Source: a virus
Taxonomy: Duplodnaviria; Caudoviricetes
Reading direction: 5' to 3' (one strand)
DNA length: 60,583 bases
IMG/VR virus record: IMGVR_UViG_3300030451_001154
Location: 1-60,583 of that record
The position numbers and the translations under genes are program-made. This document shows positions 37,844 through 48,473 of this stretch, one piece after another. Each line of letters opens with the position of its first letter. Within the stretch, counting starts at the first letter, position 1. The notes below the pieces were generated by a model that was not told the DNA's origin, did not search any database, and was given only the letters and a program-made list of their open reading frames with translations.

Positions 37844-40800
37844 TGGCTCAAAAAGTACAAACATTAGACGAAACTCTTCTTGATTTAAAAAGAATTGGAA
37901 AAGGGTTACTGGTTGGAGAAACAGCAGACATTTTAGGTTTGCCTGCAGATCTTATTGGTTTGTACTATGACGTTAGATATGGTGAAACACCACAAGGAAT
38001 ACAAAGTTTAATTGACACAATAGGCTCTGAAGCTCTTGCTAAAAAATTTATGGGTGAAGATTTTCCAGAGTTCGGTATGAATCTGGAAAGTGCTGGAAGA
38101 GTCATGGCTCCTGGAGCATTGTTGACTAAAGCAATAGCCTCTGCACGAATAGCTGCAAGACTAAAAGATACGTTACCTCCAAGTGGAGGCATAGGAGATT
38201 TAGCCACAGAAACTGTTGGTGTAGGAAGAGTGGATGATGTGCCACGAACCTTGGCTGAGAATTTAGCAATGACAAGAGCAGATGACACTGGCGGCCCAAA
38301 GAAAATAGGGAATCAAAGTGTTACTGGCGAGGATGAGTTTTTCAAAGATAAGGTAGATGTAGAAGCAAGATTAAATGTAGATGGCACAATCTTTTCTAAT
38401 TTAATTAACGAAATAGCAAAAGATGGTTTGGGTATAGATTTCACAAAGCCAAAGAAAGCAAGTGAAATAAAAGAATATATAGAGACTTTACCTAAGAGTA
38501 TATTTAAATCAAGACTAAACGCAGAAGCATTAGAATCTGGTTTATTCCGTTATTTAGAAAACAATCCAGACGAAGTATTTAAATCAAAAGATGATTTATT
38601 AGATGTAGCAAGTCTATTTAAACCAACTATTAATGTTACAGTTGGCACATTAAAAAAGAAGCAACAAATTCAAAATGATTTACAAAATTTAGTAAATGAA
38701 AGAAATCAATTAGATCCTTCTGATCCAAGAGTGCCTGTTTTAAACGATCAAATAAAATTGGTTGAATATGAAAAGGATCTTTATGACCGAAGAAATCTCA
38801 TGTCTAATGAGTCGGCTCAAAGAATACCAGTGGGATTAGGCGGGGGTCAATCAGGTAATCAGAAAGCTTTGGTTGAAGAGGATACTGTTCACTTTATATT
38901 TCATGGAGATAAAGCTGATGCTCAGTTGATGGGTAAAGTTATTGAAAGCGATCCAAATTTAATGACCAAAACAGATAAAGATTTTGCAAGAGTAGAAGAA
39001 TATTTTAAATCTGTAGGTAATACTACAGCCTTAAGAGAGTTAACAAATTTTAAAAGACATGGATTTGGTTTTCCAGGATACATGGCACATGCAAGAGCAG
39101 TTGGAGTTAAAAGTCCAAACCCAAACGATCCTATGAAACCATTTAATGATTTAGTTGTAAATGAAATACAATCTAATCAAGCTGGAGTAAAAGAAATATC
39201 TTTAGCTAGAGATAATAAAAAATTAAAAGAGTCAATAAAAAAGCTAGAACAGAAAATGAGAGATGGCACAATATCTGCCAAAGATCAAAGAACATTAGAC
39301 TTATTAAAAAGAAAAATGAACAAACCTGTTTATGGCGACATGATGACAAACGAAAAAAGGGCAGATGCTTTTCAAATAATCAAAGAAGATCAGAAGTTAA
39401 AAACTGGTTTTTTTGATTATTCTAAAAACAGAGCCGTGATAACAGATGCTGCTACAAAAGAGTTTAATGCTTTACAACAAGCAGAAACTAATCTTGATAA
39501 CGTAGGAAAAACTATGGGTCCTTTTAAAGAAGCTATTTTTAAAACAGACTCAGAATTAAATGAAGCAAGGACGGTATTAACAGATTACAGAAGAGTTAAA
39601 AATAGAGTTAAAGAAGATCTTTTGGAATATAACAGTGTTATGGATGTTGACTATGAAATGCCAAAAATTCTCGCAAGTCTTATGAATTTAATAGAGGGTA
39701 GAAAAGCACAAGAAGGAGTTCCTCATTTTAGTATTAATGAGTTCTCTAAAATCTTAGACTATAAGGGCAATAATCTAGATGATTTTGCTAGAAACTTTAG
39801 AAAAATATCAAAAGAAAGATATGGTCTTGAAGGAGATCTAGATCCTTTAATTGACGTAATCGGAGGAGGAAGACCAGACAAAACACAACAGAGAATAGAA
39901 AATCACTACAGAGATAAAGATTTTGGACTAGGGATGGAGAAAAAAGAAAATATTAGAGACTATGACATAATAGATCCTGATATGACAATAGATCACTATG
40001 AAGATTTAACAAAGGGTTATAACCAAGGTAAAATTACTCAAGAAGATTTTGAAAAATTTACAACATCTCCAGGGACTACTTATACTGATATGCCAACTTA
40101 TGGTGATTATGTTGCTGTAAAAAAAGCAGTTTATGGAGATAATGCTTTTACAAATAAAGAACTTGCAGATAGGACTTTAAGTTATATTTTAAATGACAAA
40201 GAAAGAAAGTTGGAATTAAATTACCTCAAGGCACAAGTATACAATAAATTTATAAATCATCCTAAGATAGCTCAAGACTTAGAGAGTGATAATATTCTTG
40301 AAATAGCTACTAGACTTGAAGACTTAAGAAAAAGACAACCAGACTTTACTCAACTTACTGACAGTCAAAAATTAGAATTTGAAAAAATACAACAGGATTT
40401 TCAAACAGACTTCGACATTAACCCTAGTGAGCTTTTTCTTAAGAGAGGAAAAGGTGACCCTGGAAGTATTTTGCAAGAGATAAGTAAAGAAGTAATGGAA
40501 CAATGGATGTCTGGCAGAGGAAACCAAAAACCTAGAATTTATTCTATTCAGGGAAGAACTAAGTATATTGCTAAAAAAAATGAACTTTCAACATACCTAC
40601 CTAGAATAGAAAAGCCTAGAAGAATCTTGGGAAAATTCACGAAAATTGGTGTAGGAAGACCTGTTGCTAAATTTAATAGAGACGAATATCTTGACGCATT
40701 TGACAAAGCTTCTGATACAGATTCTTTGGCTGTTTACCTTACTACTAATATAGCAAATAACGAACTTAAAAATGCTATGTTTCCACTTAACGCAATGATA

Positions 40801-41502
40801 GCAAAAAAGAACTTAATGAACATGGAACAGAGTATTAAACATTTAGAAGAGGTGAGAGATGCAGCAGTTGATAGAGTTCAAGAGGCAAATAGAAGAATAG
40901 AAGAATTTGATGCAAATAACGATAAGACAAAAATATTAAATGATTTAAAAAGTAAGTTACCAGATGACTTAAAAGACTCCTTAGATGTGATAGTTCGACA
41001 TCAAGAAGGAATAGAAAAACTTAATGAAAACCCAGCTTTTTCTAACTCTAAACAAGCAACAGAATTAATGGTTCATCAAATAATTAATCAAGCAAGGAAG
41101 TTAGGATACGATAGAGTTATTTTTCCTAATGTTGAATCTTATCTTAAAGCAGGAAGAACAAATGAAGCGATTAAAAGAAAAGCGTATGGAGATCCAGTCA
41201 ATAAAGTTCCTTATAACTTTGCAATAGGTTCAAATGTTACAGATGCTTTAAAAAAGTATGGTTCTTCATATACTACTCAACCCACCTATAAGGCGTTTAA
41301 AAAAGGAATGGTCACTCAAGCAAATCAACCAGTGCCTCCTGCCGAAGTTAACTTTGGTCAACAATCTAGACAAAATCCAGTAGAAGATGATATGTTTAGG
41401 ATAATTGATTTAAACGATAAAGAGGCGGCTAAGAAATCTACTTTAAAAATACCAAGAATGGCAAAAGGTGGTATACTAAATAGATTCAGAAAGGCAAGTT
41501 AA
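37843..41502 (+). CDS. Large (1219 aa) probable internal virion / polyvalent protein
   Basis: HAR...NEIQSN...GYDRV motifs; MAKGG near C-terminus. Confidence 0.55.
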   Translation: MAQKVQTLDETLLDLKRIGKGLLVGETADILGLPADLIGLYYDVRYGETPQGIQSLIDTIGSEALAKKFMGEDFPEFGMNLESAGRVMAPGALLTKAIASARIAARLKDTLPPSGGIGDLATETVGVGRVDDVPRTLAENLAMTRADDTGGPKKIGNQSVTGEDEFFKDKVDVEARLNVDGTIFSNLINEIAKDGLGIDFTKPKKASEIKEYIETLPKSIFKSRLNAEALESGLFRYLENNPDEVFKSKDDLLDVASLFKPTINVTVGTLKKKQQIQNDLQNLVNERNQLDPSDPRVPVLNDQIKLVEYEKDLYDRRNLMSNESAQRIPVGLGGGQSGNQKALVEEDTVHFIFHGDKADAQLMGKVIESDPNLMTKTDKDFARVEEYFKSVGNTTALRELTNFKRHGFGFPGYMAHARAVGVKSPNPNDPMKPFNDLVVNEIQSNQAGVKEISLARDNKKLKESIKKLEQKMRDGTISAKDQRTLDLLKRKMNKPVYGDMMTNEKRADAFQIIKEDQKLKTGFFDYSKNRAVITDAATKEFNALQQAETNLDNVGKTMGPFKEAIFKTDSELNEARTVLTDYRRVKNRVKEDLLEYNSVMDVDYEMPKILASLMNLIEGRKAQEGVPHFSINEFSKILDYKGNNLDDFARNFRKISKERYGLEGDLDPLIDVIGGGRPDKTQQRIENHYRDKDFGLGMEKKENIRDYDIIDPDMTIDHYEDLTKGYNQGKITQEDFEKFTTSPGTTYTDMPTYGDYVAVKKAVYGDNAFTNKELADRTLSYILNDKERKLELNYLKAQVYNKFINHPKIAQDLESDNILEIATRLEDLRKRQPDFTQLTDSQKLEFEKIQQDFQTDFDINPSELFLKRGKGDPGSILQEISKEVMEQWMSGRGNQKPRIYSIQGRTKYIAKKNELSTYLPRIEKPRRILGKFTKIGVGRPVAKFNRDEYLDAFDKASDTDSLAVYLTTNIANNELKNAMFPLNAMIAKKNLMNMEQSIKHLEEVRDAAVDRVQEANRRIEEFDANNDKTKILNDLKSKLPDDLKDSLDVIVRHQEGIEKLNENPAFSNSKQATELMVHQIINQARKLGYDRVIFPNVESYLKAGRTNEAIKRKAYGDPVNKVPYNFAIGSNVTDALKKYGSSYTTQPTYKAFKKGMVTQANQPVPPAEVNFGQQSRQNPVEDDMFRIIDLNDKEAAKKSTLKIPRMAKGGILNRFRKAS

Positions 41503-41504
41503 AA

Positions 41505-43889
41505 ATGGCAACAAAAGAAGAGAGATCAAGAGATATAGCTGGGATGGTTGAAAAAAGTATAGGAGCAGGTGGCTCTGCTATACTACAACCAGAGGCAGAT
41601 AGTCTACAAATAGAGGTTGACGAAACTGAAGTATTACCAGAGGGCATTGAAGTTGATACTGGTGAACAAGTCGAGGTTGTAGCCGAGGCTTATAATCATG
41701 ATGCTAATTTAGCTGAGGTTTTGGAAGATGGTGTGTTGGGTGCTCTTGCCTCTGACTTACAAGCAAAAGTTAAAGAAGATTTAGAATCAAGAGGTGATTG
41801 GGAAGAAGCGATTGCAAAAGGATTAAATTTACTTGGCATAAACTATGAGGACAGAAGCGATCCGTTTCTCGGTGCAAGTGGTGTAACACATCCACTATTA
41901 TCAGAAGCTACAACACAATTTCAATCACAAGCTTATAAAGAAATGTTACCAGCTGGCGGCCCAATAAAAACTCAAATACTTGGCGTACCAACAAAAGAAA
42001 CAGAAGATCAAGCTCAAAGAATTAAAGATTACATGAATTATCAAATCATGGAAGTCATGGAAGAGTATGATCCAGATACAGATCAAATGTTATTTTATTT
42101 GCCTTTAACTGGTTCTACTTTTAAAAAAGTTTACTTTGATCCGACTAAACAAAGAGCCGTATCAAAGTTTGTTCCAGCCGAAGATTTAGTTGTCCCTTAT
42201 TCTGCTTCAGATTTAATGACGGCAGAGAGGGTTACGCATGTTGTTAAAATGACGTATAATGATATCCGTAAACTACAAGTGGCGGGAGTATATAGAGATG
42301 TGGAGTTATCTGCTTCAGATTCTGGAGAGGATGAAGGAAGTATCCAAGGAACTACTGATGAGTTGCAAGGACTCCATCCAGGTTATTCTGATGATGTATA
42401 TACTATTTTGGAAGTCCATGTGGATCTCGACCTCGAAGGCTTTGAAGACCCTAATGGAATTATGTTACCGTATATCGTCACAATCGATCAAAATTCTAAC
42501 GAAGTTTTATCGGTGGTTAGGAACTATAGGGAGCAAGATCAACTAAGACGTAAGAGACAATACTTTGTACATTTCAAGTTTTTACCGGGTTTTGGATTTT
42601 ATGGCTTTGGTCTTTTACACACAATCGGTGGATTGTCTAGGGCAGCCACCTCAATTTTAAGGCAGTTAATAGATGCAGGTACTTTATCAAATCTTCCAGC
42701 TGGATTCAAAGCTAGGGGTGTTCGTATTCGTAATGATGACGAGCCTCTTAATCCTGGTGAGTTCAGAGACATCGATGTCCCAGGTGGGGATCTCAAAAAT
42801 TCAATCATCCCATTGCCATACAAGGAACCATCAGCCACACTAGCACAGTTATTAGGTGTTGTTGTTGATTCTGGCAGACGTTTTGCTCAAGTTGCAGACG
42901 CAAAAATTAGTGATGTAAACTCACAAGCACCAGTAGGAACGACTGTTGCGTTGATTGAGCAAGGTTCAAAGATTATTTCAAGCATACATAAGCGTTTACA
43001 TTATGGACAAAAACAAGAATTTAGAATGTTAGCAGAGATTTTTGCAGAAAATCCAGTTCCATATCCTTATTTTGTAGGTAATGTAGCACCACAAATCATG
43101 GCACAAGACTTTGATGGTCGTGTTGATATACTTCCAGTCAGTGATCCTAACATTTTTTCTATGGCACAACGCTTATCTTTAGCACAAACACAGTTACAAT
43201 TAGCTCAAGCCGCTCCACAAATGCACAATCAGTACGAAGCGTACCGAAGAATGTACGATGCACTTGATGTTAAAAACATAGATGGCATATTACCGCCACC
43301 TCAACCACCTGCACCAGTGGATCCAGCAACAGAAAACGCAAATTCTATCAAAGGAATGTCTTTACAAGCGTTTCCACAACAAGATCATGAGGCACATTTG
43401 ATGGCACATGCTACATTTTTGTCTAATTTAGCGTCTCAAGCCAATCCTCAAGGCTACGCACTGCTACAAGCTCATGTTCAAGAGCATGTTGGGATGTTAG
43501 CAAGAGATCAAGTGACCAAATTTTTCCAAACTATGATACAAGAGGCTGTAGAAAGAGGCGAACAAGTACCTCAAATTGCACCAGAAGCCATTGAAGCGGC
43601 TATTTCACAACAAATTGGCGAAATATTGAAAGAAGTTATGCCAGTTATAGAGCCTGCACAGAAACCAGACCCACTTGTAGCGATTAGAGAGAAAGAATTA
43701 GAGAACGATACGGCTGAGATACAAAGAAAATCTCTAAATGACATGATGAACTTCCAAATTGACCAAGCAAAACTAAGACAAGCGTTTGATATAGCACAAC
43801 AAAGGACAAAAACTCAAGAGCAGATAGCAGATGATCGTAATGACGTTAATATCTACCGTATAAACACTCAAGCTGCAGTGAGGAAATAA
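41505..43889 (+). CDS. Portal protein
   Basis: 794 aa, P22-like podovirus portal pattern (HPLLSEA, GFGFYGFG, APVGTT), downstream of TerL. Confidence 0.85.
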   Translation: MATKEERSRDIAGMVEKSIGAGGSAILQPEADSLQIEVDETEVLPEGIEVDTGEQVEVVAEAYNHDANLAEVLEDGVLGALASDLQAKVKEDLESRGDWEEAIAKGLNLLGINYEDRSDPFLGASGVTHPLLSEATTQFQSQAYKEMLPAGGPIKTQILGVPTKETEDQAQRIKDYMNYQIMEVMEEYDPDTDQMLFYLPLTGSTFKKVYFDPTKQRAVSKFVPAEDLVVPYSASDLMTAERVTHVVKMTYNDIRKLQVAGVYRDVELSASDSGEDEGSIQGTTDELQGLHPGYSDDVYTILEVHVDLDLEGFEDPNGIMLPYIVTIDQNSNEVLSVVRNYREQDQLRRKRQYFVHFKFLPGFGFYGFGLLHTIGGLSRAATSILRQLIDAGTLSNLPAGFKARGVRIRNDDEPLNPGEFRDIDVPGGDLKNSIIPLPYKEPSATLAQLLGVVVDSGRRFAQVADAKISDVNSQAPVGTTVALIEQGSKIISSIHKRLHYGQKQEFRMLAEIFAENPVPYPYFVGNVAPQIMAQDFDGRVDILPVSDPNIFSMAQRLSLAQTQLQLAQAAPQMHNQYEAYRRMYDALDVKNIDGILPPPQPPAPVDPATENANSIKGMSLQAFPQQDHEAHLMAHATFLSNLASQANPQGYALLQAHVQEHVGMLARDQVTKFFQTMIQEAVERGEQVPQIAPEAIEAAISQQIGEILKEVMPVIEPAQKPDPLVAIREKELENDTAEIQRKSLNDMMNFQIDQAKLRQAFDIAQQRTKTQEQIADDRNDVNIYRINTQAAVRK

Positions 43890-44371
43890 TGGATCCCGCA
43901 TCAATCGGACTAGCCATAACGGCAGCTTCAAAAGCTTTCGGAGCCATCAAAAAAGGTTTCCAAATGGGACGTGAAATTGAGGCTATGGGAGGAGATTTAA
44001 GTCGTTGGATGTCTGCCATGAGTGATGTGGACAATGCAGAAAAGACAACAAAGAACCCTTCGGCACTTCAAAAGTTATTTAAAGGTAAAGAATTAGAGGC
44101 ATCGGCAATAGAAGCCTTTACTGCAAAGAAAAAACTAGAAGCACAACGTCAAGAGCTTAAATCTTTTATAAATTTTCACTATGGAGCTAATTCTTGGAAT
44201 GAAATTTTAAGAATGGAAGCTGAGATCAGAAAAAAACGTCAACAAGATATTTACGATAGACAACAGTTGATCAGAAAAATTTGGGAATACATTGGGTGGT
44301 TTGTTTTATTCTGCACAGTTGTAGGTTTTATTGTTTTTCTTGCATGGCTCTATAAAGAAAGCAGAAAATGA
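43889..44371 (+). CDS. Membrane-anchored hypothetical protein
   Basis: MDP N-terminus, C-terminal TM helix. Confidence 0.65.
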   Translation: MDPASIGLAITAASKAFGAIKKGFQMGREIEAMGGDLSRWMSAMSDVDNAEKTTKNPSALQKLFKGKELEASAIEAFTAKKKLEAQRQELKSFINFHYGANSWNEILRMEAEIRKKRQQDIYDRQQLIRKIWEYIGWFVLFCTVVGFIVFLAWLYKESRK

Positions 44372-44817
44372 AAACTCTAATCTATGATAATTTATTATCT
44401 GAAGATGAATGTAACAATACAATAAATTTTTATAAGAACAACGAAGATAAGGCTGTAAAATTTAGAGATGTTTATACTTTAAATTTAAAAAATTGTGTAA
44501 ATTTTTTATCTGATAAATTAACAAAAGTTTCAAAAGAGTTTAATGCAGAGATTGATTGGATGCAAATAGTGAAGTGGCCCATAGGTTCTTATCAAGATCT
44601 TCACTTTGATAATGCAAGTGAAAAAACAATTTTATCTTCTATAACTTACTTGAACGATAACTTTAAAGGTGGACAAACTTACTTTGAAGAGGATACAATG
44701 TTCAAACCAAAGAAAGGTAGAGGATTATTTTTTGATGGTAAATATTATAAACACGGTGTAACTAAAGTTGAAGATGAAATCAGATACGTTATAGCCACAT
44801 GGTACAAGGGAGTTTAA
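44368..44817 (+). CDS. 2OG-Fe(II) oxygenase
   Basis: HFD...YLND.F.GG.T...HGV...RYVI..W. Confidence 0.88.
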   Translation: MKTLIYDNLLSEDECNNTINFYKNNEDKAVKFRDVYTLNLKNCVNFLSDKLTKVSKEFNAEIDWMQIVKWPIGSYQDLHFDNASEKTILSSITYLNDNFKGGQTYFEEDTMFKPKKGRGLFFDGKYYKHGVTKVEDEIRYVIATWYKGV

Positions 44818-44818
44818 T

Positions 44819-44944
44819 ATGGACGGAAGTATGATACTTGATGCTTGGAATAATCTAGGATGGATAGATGGTATTCTATTTACTTTTTGGTTATTTATCC
44901 TATATTATGGTAAATGTTGGATAGATGAAAGGTTTAAAAAATGA
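44819..44944 (+). CDS. 41-aa membrane peptide (not in ORF track)
   Basis: SD GGGAG; one TM segment. Confidence 0.5.
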   Translation: MDGSMILDAWNNLGWIDGILFTFWLFILYYGKCWIDERFKK

Positions 44945-45036
44945 TAAGATGGTTATTAAATGTATTTAGAGGTAAGCATGGAGATTTGTCAAAGCACAGA
45001 CTTCACACAACTAAGTACGAAGACTTATGTATGTAG
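44941..45036 (+). CDS. 31-aa peptide (not in ORF track)
   Basis: ATGA coupling; MIRWLLNVF...YEDLCM. Confidence 0.45.
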   Translation: MIRWLLNVFRGKHGDLSKHRLHTTKYEDLCM

Positions 45037-45042
45037 GATAGG

Positions 45043-45432
45043 ATGTTACAGTTTTTAGGACCGATAGCTAATTTAGCTGGCACATGGTTACAAAACAAAG
45101 TAGAGAAAACAAAAGCAGATGGTCAAGCCAAAGTTGCTGAAGCCAAAGCTCGTGCAACAGTTGCAAAGAAAGTTGCGGCTGGTGAAGTTGAGTGGGAAGG
45201 CAAAATGGCAGAGGCTACAGATAATAGCTGGAAAGATGAATTTGCTTTAGTTGTTCTTTTGACTCCCGCGATTTTGGTCTTCATTCCTGGTATGAGAGAA
45301 CATGTACACAAAGGCTTTGAAGTATTGTCTACTCTACCAGATTGGTATCAGTATTTATTATTTATTGCTATATCAGCCTCTTTTGGAATAAAAGGTGTAG
45401 GTCAAGCAGCTAAAATGCTAAGAAAAAAATAG
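45043..45432 (+). CDS. Holin-like membrane protein
   Basis: SWKDEF motif followed by two TM helices. Confidence 0.6.
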   Translation: MLQFLGPIANLAGTWLQNKVEKTKADGQAKVAEAKARATVAKKVAAGEVEWEGKMAEATDNSWKDEFALVVLLTPAILVFIPGMREHVHKGFEVLSTLPDWYQYLLFIAISASFGIKGVGQAAKMLRKK

Positions 45433-45953
45433 TGTTTAACACATTAATCATAGAAAATTTTTTTGATAATTTTGCACTATTAGAACCAGAGTTTAAAAAA
45501 ATACCTTTGTATAGTTTAGAAAACTTTCCAGAAACACAACCAAATAATATTAACTGGTGTGGTTATAGAAGTGAAAGACTAGAACAAACTAATCCTTTTT
45601 TATGGCAGTTAGTTAATAAAGAATTAAAAGATAAATGTGATAATCAAAGATTATTAAGTTGTAGATATAACATGGTATCAGCTCTACATCTAAGACTAGA
45701 AGACGATGAATCAAGAGATTTTGTACATACTGATCCTTTTGATTTAACTATGATTATTTATTTGTCAAAGACAAACTTAAACTCTGGAACGAGTATCTAT
45801 GATCAAAACCATCAAGAAACACAAAGTGTCAAATTTGTACAAAACACAGCAATACTTTTTGACGGTAGACAAAATCATAGGTCGAGTTTAAACTATGGTA
45901 AAGACATAGATGACGGAAGACTGACGTTAAATTGTTTTATTAATTTTCTGTGA
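45432..45953 (+). CDS. 2OG-Fe(II) oxygenase-like protein
   Basis: W.G.R...VHTD...IYL...SGT...H.S...GRLT. Confidence 0.8.
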   Translation: MFNTLIIENFFDNFALLEPEFKKIPLYSLENFPETQPNNINWCGYRSERLEQTNPFLWQLVNKELKDKCDNQRLLSCRYNMVSALHLRLEDDESRDFVHTDPFDLTMIIYLSKTNLNSGTSIYDQNHQETQSVKFVQNTAILFDGRQNHRSSLNYGKDIDDGRLTLNCFINFL

Positions 45954-45960
45954 GGTTATA

Positions 45961-46248
45961 ATGGCTAGAAAGGATCCAAAAGTTGGTACTGGTAAAAAAC
46001 CTAAAGGTTCGGGTAGAAGATTATATACGGATGAGAACCCTAAAGACACGGTTGGAATTAAATTTGCTACGGAGGCGGATGCCAGAGCAACTGTTGCCAA
46101 GGTTAAGAGAGTCAATAAACCTTTTGCGAGAAAGATACAAATACTTACAGTCGGTGAGCAAAGAGCAAAAGTAATGGGTAAAACAAAAGTGGCAAGTATT
46201 TTTAAAAAAGGAAAAGAAGCAATAAGGAGATCACATGGCAAGAATTAG
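45961..46248 (+). CDS. Small basic protein
   Basis: GTGKKPKGSGRRLYTDENPKDTV conserved phage motif. Confidence 0.7.
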   Translation: MARKDPKVGTGKKPKGSGRRLYTDENPKDTVGIKFATEADARATVAKVKRVNKPFARKIQILTVGEQRAKVMGKTKVASIFKKGKEAIRRSHGKN

Positions 46249-47098
46249 ACAGTTTGCAAAAGATATGGGTTTATCGTATAATGAAGCGAAGAATTTAGTT
46301 AACAAAGGAAGACGTTTGAAAGATGGCGGTTCCTCAACATTGGAGAAGTTTATGCCAGTTAAAGCACAAAAGGGTAAAGTGACTAGAATTAATAAAGATA
46401 AGACCATGCAGGCAAAATCTGGTCAGTTTAAAAACATTGTGAAAGATTCTGTTTCTGGAAAAATTACTCCAGAAGAAGCTCAGAAAATGATAAGAAAATT
46501 AGTCATATCCAAACAAAGTGGTGGTGGTTTTGATGATGAGTTTAAAGCACTACAAGCTCTAAACAAAGAGTTTGAAAAGGCAAGACAAAAGCCAGAAGCA
46601 CAAAAACGTAAAGAAAGTTTACAAAAAGAAATTAAAAAAACAAAAGATAAGAGTACAAAATCTTTACTTAATAGAGAATTAAAAGCTGGTGGTAAAAAAG
46701 GAATTAACCGTAATTTGTTAAGAGATAAATTTTTAACAGACGCAGAGTTAAAGAAAAAGTATCCAGAAAGATATAAACCAGTACAACCATCTGGAAGAAC
46801 TTATCCTTACCCAGGAGACAAGAATCCTGGAAAACCAACACAAAAACCTACCATGACAAGAGAAGAACAAATAGAGGCGGTTAAACCTAGAATGGGTGCA
46901 GGCACATCAAAAATGAGAAAATCTATGCCTAGAGGTGACATAACCAAGAAAATGAAAAAGGGTGGTGCAGCTTTTCCAGATTTAAGTGGTGATGGTAAAG
47001 TAACTCAAAAAGATATTCTAATTGGTAGAGGCGTAATTAAAAAGTCTCGTGGTGGTGGTATCGCTGTTCAAGGAACTGGTTTTAAAGGAGTCTATTAG
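46235..47098 (+). CDS. Lys-rich protein with repeated xxGG motifs and EF-hand-like DLSGDGKVTQKD
   Basis: Translated sequence. Confidence 0.65.
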   Translation: MARIRQFAKDMGLSYNEAKNLVNKGRRLKDGGSSTLEKFMPVKAQKGKVTRINKDKTMQAKSGQFKNIVKDSVSGKITPEEAQKMIRKLVISKQSGGGFDDEFKALQALNKEFEKARQKPEAQKRKESLQKEIKKTKDKSTKSLLNRELKAGGKKGINRNLLRDKFLTDAELKKKYPERYKPVQPSGRTYPYPGDKNPGKPTQKPTMTREEQIEAVKPRMGAGTSKMRKSMPRGDITKKMKKGGAAFPDLSGDGKVTQKDILIGRGVIKKSRGGGIAVQGTGFKGVY

Positions 47099-48270
47099 TG
47101 GCTGATCCAGATGATTTTGATCTAGCGGGTTTTGACGAAGCCTATAACCCAGATGATTTTGCAACAGACACACCAGCTAATGTAGGTGATGGTATGGCAG
47201 AAGAGGGTGATTTTTTAGATTACACTCAAAGAACTACCATACCTGGAACGAACATTACTGGTTTCATAAGTCCTCAAAGTTATATGGAATATAGAGGAGC
47301 TACTCCTACTAATCCTTTTCCAGACTCTATTTTTTCAAGAATATTTGGTGCTGAAAATGTAAGTTATGTTGATCCTCAGACTGGTCGTGGAATGGGTGGA
47401 ATGGATTTAGCGGGTATAAATAACTTACGCTATCGTCAAGCTATGGGATTACCTTCGTTAAAAACAGGTGAAAATTATAAAATGGGAGACTTTTACATTG
47501 GTCAACCAACTATGGAAGGCACTGTAAGAGAGGTTCCAAGAGGTGGTATCATGGATATGATACCTGGTTTAAGTACAATTACTAATATGCTTGGAAGAAA
47601 CAGAGGGTTACCAGAATCTTCAGAAGCTTATAGAAGAGCTGTGGCAGATGCAAATCAAAGAAGTGCAAATGTATCTAATTTTTTTCAACCTTTAACAGAT
47701 TTAATTACTGGAGGCATAGAGTCTTTAAGAGGTGCTTTTACTGCTCCACAGCAAAAAGACCCAGTAACAGACAGACCAATTCCAAGAGGAATAGAGATGG
47801 GTGACATGACTACGGCTAATGCTTTTATACCAGATGCTAGAGTTGTGGTAGATAATTTTGCTTCTCCTGTTTCAAAACTTGATACAACTATTACTGATGA
47901 TGGTGCTAATTTAAATACTGGTATAGCTAATGTTGCTCCAACCATGTCAAATCAAGCAAATATGGCAGTAGCAGATGCTTTACAATTAATACCACAAGGC
48001 ACTTTAGCTGATAGCATAGGCGTAAGAAATCAAGTGGCACAAGCATTAAACCCAGAGTTAAAAGCCTTTATTGATCGTCAACCTTCCATTGAACAGAGAT
48101 TGGCAGAACTACAAAAACAAAGACAAAGAGAACAAAACTTTAGAGAAGACGTTATAAACTCCATACAAAATCGTAACACAGGTATTTTGAATCAAAATTT
48201 TATAAATCGCACATTAAATCCAGTCCCTTTTGATGACAGTGGAACTTTTATAAACTTAGATAATATTTAA
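47098..48270 (+). CDS. Hypothetical virion-associated protein
   Basis: 390 aa, SD AAGGAG, acidic N-terminus. Confidence 0.6.
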   Translation: MADPDDFDLAGFDEAYNPDDFATDTPANVGDGMAEEGDFLDYTQRTTIPGTNITGFISPQSYMEYRGATPTNPFPDSIFSRIFGAENVSYVDPQTGRGMGGMDLAGINNLRYRQAMGLPSLKTGENYKMGDFYIGQPTMEGTVREVPRGGIMDMIPGLSTITNMLGRNRGLPESSEAYRRAVADANQRSANVSNFFQPLTDLITGGIESLRGAFTAPQQKDPVTDRPIPRGIEMGDMTTANAFIPDARVVVDNFASPVSKLDTTITDDGANLNTGIANVAPTMSNQANMAVADALQLIPQGTLADSIGVRNQVAQALNPELKAFIDRQPSIEQRLAELQKQRQREQNFREDVINSIQNRNTGILNQNFINRTLNPVPFDDSGTFINLDNI

Positions 48271-48473
48271 TGAAAGTTACAGATTTTTTATATAATTACA
48301 AAAAAGCCTTGAATACTCGTATTGAAGACATTAGTATCTCTTTAACAAGTGGAAATGCTTCTGATATGGAAGCATATAAGGCAATGGTAGGTGAAATACA
48401 GGGTCTAACCTACGCATTGGAACAGTTAAGTACCCTGCTAGAGAAGGTTGATAATGACGCTAATAGTACCTGA
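48270..48473 (+). CDS. Conserved small protein upstream of GroES
   Basis: Y...VGEI.GL motif. Confidence 0.7.
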   Translation: MKVTDFLYNYKKALNTRIEDISISLTSGNASDMEAYKAMVGEIQGLTYALEQLSTLLEKVDNDANST

